Shown here: in pieces, positions 59,513-64,000 of the stretch | Numbering within the stretch: position 1 is the stretch's first letter | Layout of the letters: each line of letters opens with the position of its first letter | Assembly (NCBI GenBank): GCA_016184365.1 | Contig: JACPCW010000110.1 | Coordinates: 28,611-92,610, forward strand | Length of the DNA: 64,000 bases | DNA from: Candidatus Rokuibacteriota bacterium | GTDB lineage: Bacteria; Methylomirabilota; Methylomirabilia; Rokubacteriales; CSP1-6 | Reading direction: 5' to 3' | Position numbers and translations under genes: made by a program | The notes under the pieces: generated by a model | What the model was told of the DNA's origin: nothing | Seen by the model: the letters and a program-made list of their open reading frames with translations, nothing else | Database searches by the model: none

Positions 59513-60553
59513 CTACTTCTCGTGCTTCGCGGTTTCGGCCTTGACGAAGTCGAGGATCTGCCGGCCGGGCCGCCCGGCGGCCTCCTGCTCCTTCACCCAG
59601 GCCTCCCAGATCTCGTTGGCGCCCGCGGCCAGCTTGGCGCGCTCGGGGGGCGGGAACGGCGTCACCTCGAGCTTCTGCTTGAAGAGCGGGATCCACTTCT
59701 CGTCGGCGTCCCTGTACGCCTTCACCAGCGCCCGCGTCGCCAGCTCCTGCGCCTGCGGCAGCGTGGCCTTGAGCGCCTCGGGGAGCTTGTTCCAGGCGGT
59801 CAGGCTGATGCCCTGGAAGCACTGGAAGCCGCTCATGGCCATGCCGTCGGTCACGTACTTCGAGACCTCGTACATCTTGTAGGCGCCGAAGGTGTACGAG
59901 TACGGGAACCCGAAGCTGTCGATCGTGCCGCGCTCGAGCGCGGTGTAGCCTTCTGGCGCCGTCACCATCGTCGGCACCGCCCCGAAGGCCTGGAGCGCCT
60001 TCGCGTTCAGGCCCGAGATGCGCATCTTCACGCCCTTCATGTCCGCCACGGAGGCGATCCGCTTGTTCCCCATGAACTCGTACGCCGGCAGGAACGTCGG
60101 CCCGAAATACTTGATGTTCCAGCGCTCCGCCATCTCCTTGACGATCAGCGGGTGGCTCAGCACGGTGTGCTCGACCTCGGCGCGCGCGACGAGATCCCGC
60201 GGCGTCAGGAACGGCAGCTCCATCACGCTCAGGAGCGGGAACTTGTTCGGGTAGTAGCCGGCGCACATCTGGGCGCCTTCGTAGCCGCCGGCCTTGATCG
60301 CCTCGGGCGCCTGCCGCTCCGGCCCGAGCGCGGCCCCGTAGGCGATCTTCACCTCGACGTCGCCGTTGGATTCCTTCTTGTAGAACTCCGCCATCGCCTC
60401 GATGCCCTTCGTCACCGCGCGCGGCGGGCCGAAGACGTTGTGATTCCAGACCTGCTTCTGGGCGAACGCGGGCGTGGCTCCACCGATCGCGGTCGCCGCG
60501 AACCAGACTACAGCGATCGTTCCGGCCACAACGGGGATCGGAGATCGGATCAT
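59513..60553 (-). CDS. dctP: TRAP transporter substrate-binding protein
   Basis: 346 aa with signal peptide, DctP-family. Confidence 0.85.
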   Translation of the reverse strand: MIRSPIPVVAGTIAVVWFAATAIGGATPAFAQKQVWNHNVFGPPRAVTKGIEAMAEFYKKESNGDVEVKIAYGAALGPERQAPEAIKAGGYEGAQMCAGYYPNKFPLLSVMELPFLTPRDLVARAEVEHTVLSHPLIVKEMAERWNIKYFGPTFLPAYEFMGNKRIASVADMKGVKMRISGLNAKALQAFGAVPTMVTAPEGYTALERGTIDSFGFPYSYTFGAYKMYEVSKYVTDGMAMSGFQCFQGISLTAWNKLPEALKATLPQAQELATRALVKAYRDADEKWIPLFKQKLEVTPFPPPERAKLAAGANEIWEAWVKEQEAAGRPGRQILDFVKAETAKHEK

Positions 60554-60757
60554 CTCGCACCTCCCTGGTCTCGTCCGAGCCGTGGTGCCGCATTAAGGAG
60601 CGTCGCAGGAACACGAGTCAATGAGGCAGACGTCTCATGGACCCGGAAATGACCCCCCGCCCGCGGTCCCGCGCCCGCCACGCGCGGGGCAGGCGCGTAC
60701 AAGAACTCGGCACGTCCGTGCATTGAGCGCTCGCGCGCGCCGCTTCACGATGCGCGC

Positions 60758-61957
60758 ATGAACTACGACGCTCGCCCGCCGTCGAAGTCCTGGGAAGCCG
60801 GTCGACTCGTCAGCGTCTGGATCAAACCGACCGAGCGCTGTCAGCTCCGGTGCGCGCACTGCTTCGTGAACCAGGAATACCTGCGGTCGAGTCGCAAGTG
60901 GGACGTCGCCACCTTCGAGCGGATCGTCGTGCGCTTCCAGGAGTACTTCCGGGCGCATCCCGTGCCGGGACGCACGATGCAGCTCGTGTGGCACGGCGGC
61001 GAGCCGCTGCTGATGGGGCCGGCGTTCTTTCGCGATGCGATGCCGCGCGTCCGTGCGCTGCTCGGCGAGGTCGGCGTGACCGTGCGCACCGCGATCCAGT
61101 CGAACCTCCTGCTGATCGATCGCGAGTGGCTCGCGCTCCTGCGCGACGAGTTCGGCGGTGGCATCGGGACGTCGTTCGACTGGGGACTCCGCAACCTCGC
61201 CGGCAGCTGGGAGGCGTTCCGCGACCGGTGGCTCGACAAATACCGGCAGTGTCGCGACGCGGGCGTCGCCGTCGGCGCCATCACCGTCGTGAATCGCGCG
61301 TGCGTCGATCGGCCCGACGAGGTCTACGACTTCTTCGGCGCGCTCGGGTGTCCCTTCGAGACGTATCCGATGGCGCCGTGGGGCGAGGGGAACGGCAAGG
61401 CGAACATCGGGACGTACGGCATCAGCGCCGACGAGTACGGGCGCTGGCTCGTGCGTATCTGGGAGCGCTATCGCGACGACCCCGCGCCGCGCGCGCGGCC
61501 GGTGTTCCTCGATCGTCTGGCGCGGGCGGTCGCGCTCGGCGAGCCGGTCGGCAACCACATGGCCGGTGACTGCGCCGCCGGCAATCTCGTCGTGTCCACC
61601 GACGGCACCGTCTCGTACTGCCCGGCGCTGGCCGGCTCGCGCGAGCATCTCTACGGCAACCTGCTCGACACCGATCTCGCGACGCTGCTGCACAGTCCCG
61701 TCCGCCTGACCGTCTTCCGGCGCCAGCTCCTGCTCCCCGACGAATGTCGCGAGTGCTCGTGGAGCCGCATCTGTCACGGCGGGTGTCCGGCCGACGCGCT
61801 CGGATTCCTCGGCGACGCGCTCCGCAAGGACCCGTACTGCGCCGCGTACCTTCGCGTGTTTCCCGTCATCGCCGACGACCTCGCGCACGGACGCGTCCCC
61901 GCGCCACTGCGGCCGGTGATCGCGGACGCCGCGCGCGTCGCCGCGCTCGTGTCATGA
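60758..61957 (+). CDS. radical SAM enzyme with SPASM auxiliary domain
   Basis: CX3CX2C (..ERCQLRCAHCF..) plus C-terminal CX2CX5CX3C (..CRECSWSRICHGGCP..). Stop overlaps the downstream ATG (ATGA). Confidence 0.8.
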   Translation: MNYDARPPSKSWEAGRLVSVWIKPTERCQLRCAHCFVNQEYLRSSRKWDVATFERIVVRFQEYFRAHPVPGRTMQLVWHGGEPLLMGPAFFRDAMPRVRALLGEVGVTVRTAIQSNLLLIDREWLALLRDEFGGGIGTSFDWGLRNLAGSWEAFRDRWLDKYRQCRDAGVAVGAITVVNRACVDRPDEVYDFFGALGCPFETYPMAPWGEGNGKANIGTYGISADEYGRWLVRIWERYRDDPAPRARPVFLDRLARAVALGEPVGNHMAGDCAAGNLVVSTDGTVSYCPALAGSREHLYGNLLDTDLATLLHSPVRLTVFRRQLLLPDECRECSWSRICHGGCPADALGFLGDALRKDPYCAAYLRVFPVIADDLAHGRVPAPLRPVIADAARVAALVS

Positions 61958-64000
61958 AAGTCGCGGCCGCCCTGGCGGCGATGTGCGCGCTCGGCGCGCT
62001 GGCGGCTGCCGGCGAGGCGGCCGGCAGCGCGCAGGTCGACGCCGCGCGCAGCCGGGGGCTGGCCTGGATGCTGACGCACCAGCGCGCTGACGGCAGCTGG
62101 CGCGGCCCGGCCGGCTCGGAGTTCGTCGCGACCGCGACCGCGATCGAGGCGCTCGAGATCAGTGGCGTGAAGAGCTACCCGTATGCCGCCGGCGTGGCAT
62201 GGCTGGGCAATGCGCATCCGAGCAGCGTCGATTCGCTCGCACGGCAGGTGATCGCGACGGCCACGGCCGGTCTCGACGTGACCTCCGCCGCGGAAACGTT
62301 ACGCGCGTGGCGCAACCCGAGCTTCGGGTGGGGCGCGTACGCGCGCTACGACACGACGTTCCCCGACACCGCGCTCGCGCTCACGGGGCTACGCCTCGCG
62401 CAGCTCGCCGCGCCGGACAGCGAGATCGAGGCGGCGCTGTGCCTGGTCGCGAGCGCGCAGAACGCCGGCGAGGCATCGGTGCACGGCAGCTGGTCGTACG
62501 TTCGGCCGGCGGGCGGCACGGCGCCGCCGTCGGCGCGCGGCGCCATCGTCCCGACCGTCTACAACCTGCTCGAGATCGACGCGACGAGCCGCGCGCGCGG
62601 CTGGACGTCGCTCGGCTCGTGTGCCGGCACGACGTATGGCGTCGCGACGATCGTCGACGCCGGTCTTGCGTGGCTGCTCTCGACGCGCCGTCACGCCGAC
62701 GGCGGCTTCGGTGACGGCGGTGTCAGCGAGGTGCTCGAGACGGCGCTCGTCTATCGGGCGCTGACCGCGCTTCGGCCGAACGATGCGGCGACCGCCGCGG
62801 CGCTCGACTTCCTGGTCGAGCGCCAACGCCAGGACGGCAGCTGGAGCGCCGACGTGCTGCACACCGCGACGGTGCTCGCGGCGCTTCCGTCGCCGGCTGC
62901 GGCACTGGCCGACAGCGATCGCGATGGGGTGCCGGATACGGTCGAGACGAGTCTGCCGACCGATCCGAACGTTCCTGACAGCCGATGGCTCGCGCGCGGA
63001 CGAAACGCGCGTCAGGTTCCGACACCGGGCGCGGCGAACGACTTCGGCCTCGTCGCCATCGCTGCCGCGGCGGGTGCTGCGACCACCGCGTCGGATAGCG
63101 ACGGGTCCCCGACGGGCGTGGCCGCGGGCACGTCTTCGCCGCCGTCGCGGCCCGACCCACTGACGCTGGGCGTGCCGTCCGAGCGCTTCGGACTTGACCC
63201 CTTGACTGGCGCGGCACGGGTCGAGCTGCCGCTCGTCGTTCCGGTCGGCGCCGGCCGGCTCGCGCCGAGTCTCACGCTTCGCTACGACAGCGGGGCGGTC
63301 GACGAGCTCGCCGTGAGCGCGCCGGCGGCGATGACGGGACTCGGCTGGACGCTCGACGTCGGTCCCGTCATCGTCCGCGATCCGCGCGACACGGTCGCGA
63401 CGGCCGACGACGCGTTCACGCTGCTGCGGGACGGCGCGCGTCACGACCTCGTCGTCGTCGATGCGGCGGCGTCGCTCTATCGCACGCGCGACGACACGTT
63501 CGTCCGGCTCGAGCACGACCGCAGTGCCGACGCGTGGACGCTCACGACGAAAGACGGCGTCGTCTGGCGGATGGGATCGACGGCGGCGAGCCGGACGACG
63601 ACGCTCGGTCCCGATCGGGCCACTCCGGTGACGCGCGCGTATCACGTGGACGAGATGCGGACACCGAGTGGTGTCTCCGTCCGCCACACGTACACGAAAC
63701 AGCCCGCGACGCTTCCGAGCGGCCAGACCTACGACCAGGCGATCTACCCGGCGACGATGGCGTGGGCGTCTGTCGGCGGCGCGCCCGTCGGCACGCCGCG
63801 CGAGGTGACGTTCACATACGGAGACCGATCCGACTGGCCCGCTGACGCCGGGACGCCGGCGTTCGTCGACAGACAACGCCTGGAGTCGCTCACGATCCGC
63901 GTCGGGACCGCGGTCGTGCGCACCTACGTCTTCGCGTACGACCATTCCATCGACCGTGATCCCGGGGCCGTCTGGGCCGGTGGCGCCACCGGGGATCTCA
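61954..64000 (+). CDS. giant secreted protein, 5' partial: QW-repeat alpha/alpha-toroid domain + TSP3-like Ca motif + SpvB/TcB-like domain
   Basis: Signal peptide MKVAAALAAMCALGALAAAG. QW motifs (RGLAWMLTHQRADGSWRG; ALDFLVERQRQDGSWS). DSDRDGVPD. SpvB-type ..LAPSLTLRYDSGAV....GLGWTLDVGPVI... Open to window end. Confidence 0.75.
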   Translation, partial: MKVAAALAAMCALGALAAAGEAAGSAQVDAARSRGLAWMLTHQRADGSWRGPAGSEFVATATAIEALEISGVKSYPYAAGVAWLGNAHPSSVDSLARQVIATATAGLDVTSAAETLRAWRNPSFGWGAYARYDTTFPDTALALTGLRLAQLAAPDSEIEAALCLVASAQNAGEASVHGSWSYVRPAGGTAPPSARGAIVPTVYNLLEIDATSRARGWTSLGSCAGTTYGVATIVDAGLAWLLSTRRHADGGFGDGGVSEVLETALVYRALTALRPNDAATAAALDFLVERQRQDGSWSADVLHTATVLAALPSPAAALADSDRDGVPDTVETSLPTDPNVPDSRWLARGRNARQVPTPGAANDFGLVAIAAAAGAATTASDSDGSPTGVAAGTSSPPSRPDPLTLGVPSERFGLDPLTGAARVELPLVVPVGAGRLAPSLTLRYDSGAVDELAVSAPAAMTGLGWTLDVGPVIVRDPRDTVATADDAFTLLRDGARHDLVVVDAAASLYRTRDDTFVRLEHDRSADAWTLTTKDGVVWRMGSTAASRTTTLGPDRATPVTRAYHVDEMRTPSGVSVRHTYTKQPATLPSGQTYDQAIYPATMAWASVGGAPVGTPREVTFTYGDRSDWPADAGTPAFVDRQRLESLTIRVGTAVVRTYVFAYDHSIDRDPGAVWAGGATGDL

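Noticed and set aside
60600-60757. 46-codon Arg-rich ORF upstream of the rSAM gene as a RiPP precursor
   Set aside because: Composition is shadow-ORF-like with no leader/core features and no RBS.
60758-61957. Anaerobic sulfatase-maturating enzyme (anSME) assignment for the rSAM/SPASM gene
   Set aside because: No sulfatase gene or C/S-X-P-X-R target motif in the coupled partner, so the generic SPASM call was kept.

Overview
High-GC (~70%) bacterial chromosome segment, probably from a Gram-negative soil lineage; taxon not determinable from sequence alone. Alternative frames are full of long Arg/Pro-rich shadow ORFs, so calls rest on recognisable protein families, start/stop overlap patterns and ribosome-binding sites (RBS).

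(1) 1-3.4 kb: housekeeping genes, including a PurM-like protein and gamma-glutamyltransferase.

(2) 3.4-20.6 kb, minus strand: an exceptionally compact ~17 kb operon for alpha-glucan and trehalose metabolism. Order is GH57 branching enzyme, glgC, GH57/DUF3536, treY, a 222-aa DUF, treT, a GT2-like glycosyltransferase, glgE, treS, mak, then a periplasmic ankyrin protein. Almost every junction is a 1-4 bp start/stop overlap. treZ is divergent. No glgA is present. glgE carries an apparent indel/frameshift near its 3' end. A 64-bp GC-rich hairpin repeat occurs twice.

(3) 22.6-26.3 kb: a DUF4392-like gene interrupted in-frame by a 143-bp element with 24-bp terminal inverted repeats, an alpha/beta hydrolase, an aminotransferase, and tRNA-Phe.

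(4) 26.3-40.8 kb: a ~14 kb accessory island at tRNA-Phe, bounded by a degenerate copy of the tRNA 3' half. It holds an IS91 remnant, tandem partial duplications of a SARP/AfsR-type regulator, the intact regulator, and a divergent module of small ORF + secreted collagen-like protein with two gp19-like tail-tube domains + 1025-aa CSLREA/beta-helix/Ig adhesin. It also holds LLM monooxygenase genes, two PIN/antitoxin pairs, several gene fragments, and a 172-bp direct repeat.

(5) 41-60 kb: catabolic and transport genes. These are a cupin dioxygenase, an orphan XDH-family Mo subunit, two TRAP systems, an ABC importer without ATPases, an amidohydrolase, OCD, an AidB-like ACAD, and gene remnants.

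(6) 60.7-64 kb: a radical-SAM/SPASM enzyme translationally coupled to a giant secreted protein (QW-repeat alpha/alpha-toroid + TSP3 + SpvB/TcB-like), truncated by the window end.

No CRISPR arrays or rRNA genes were seen.
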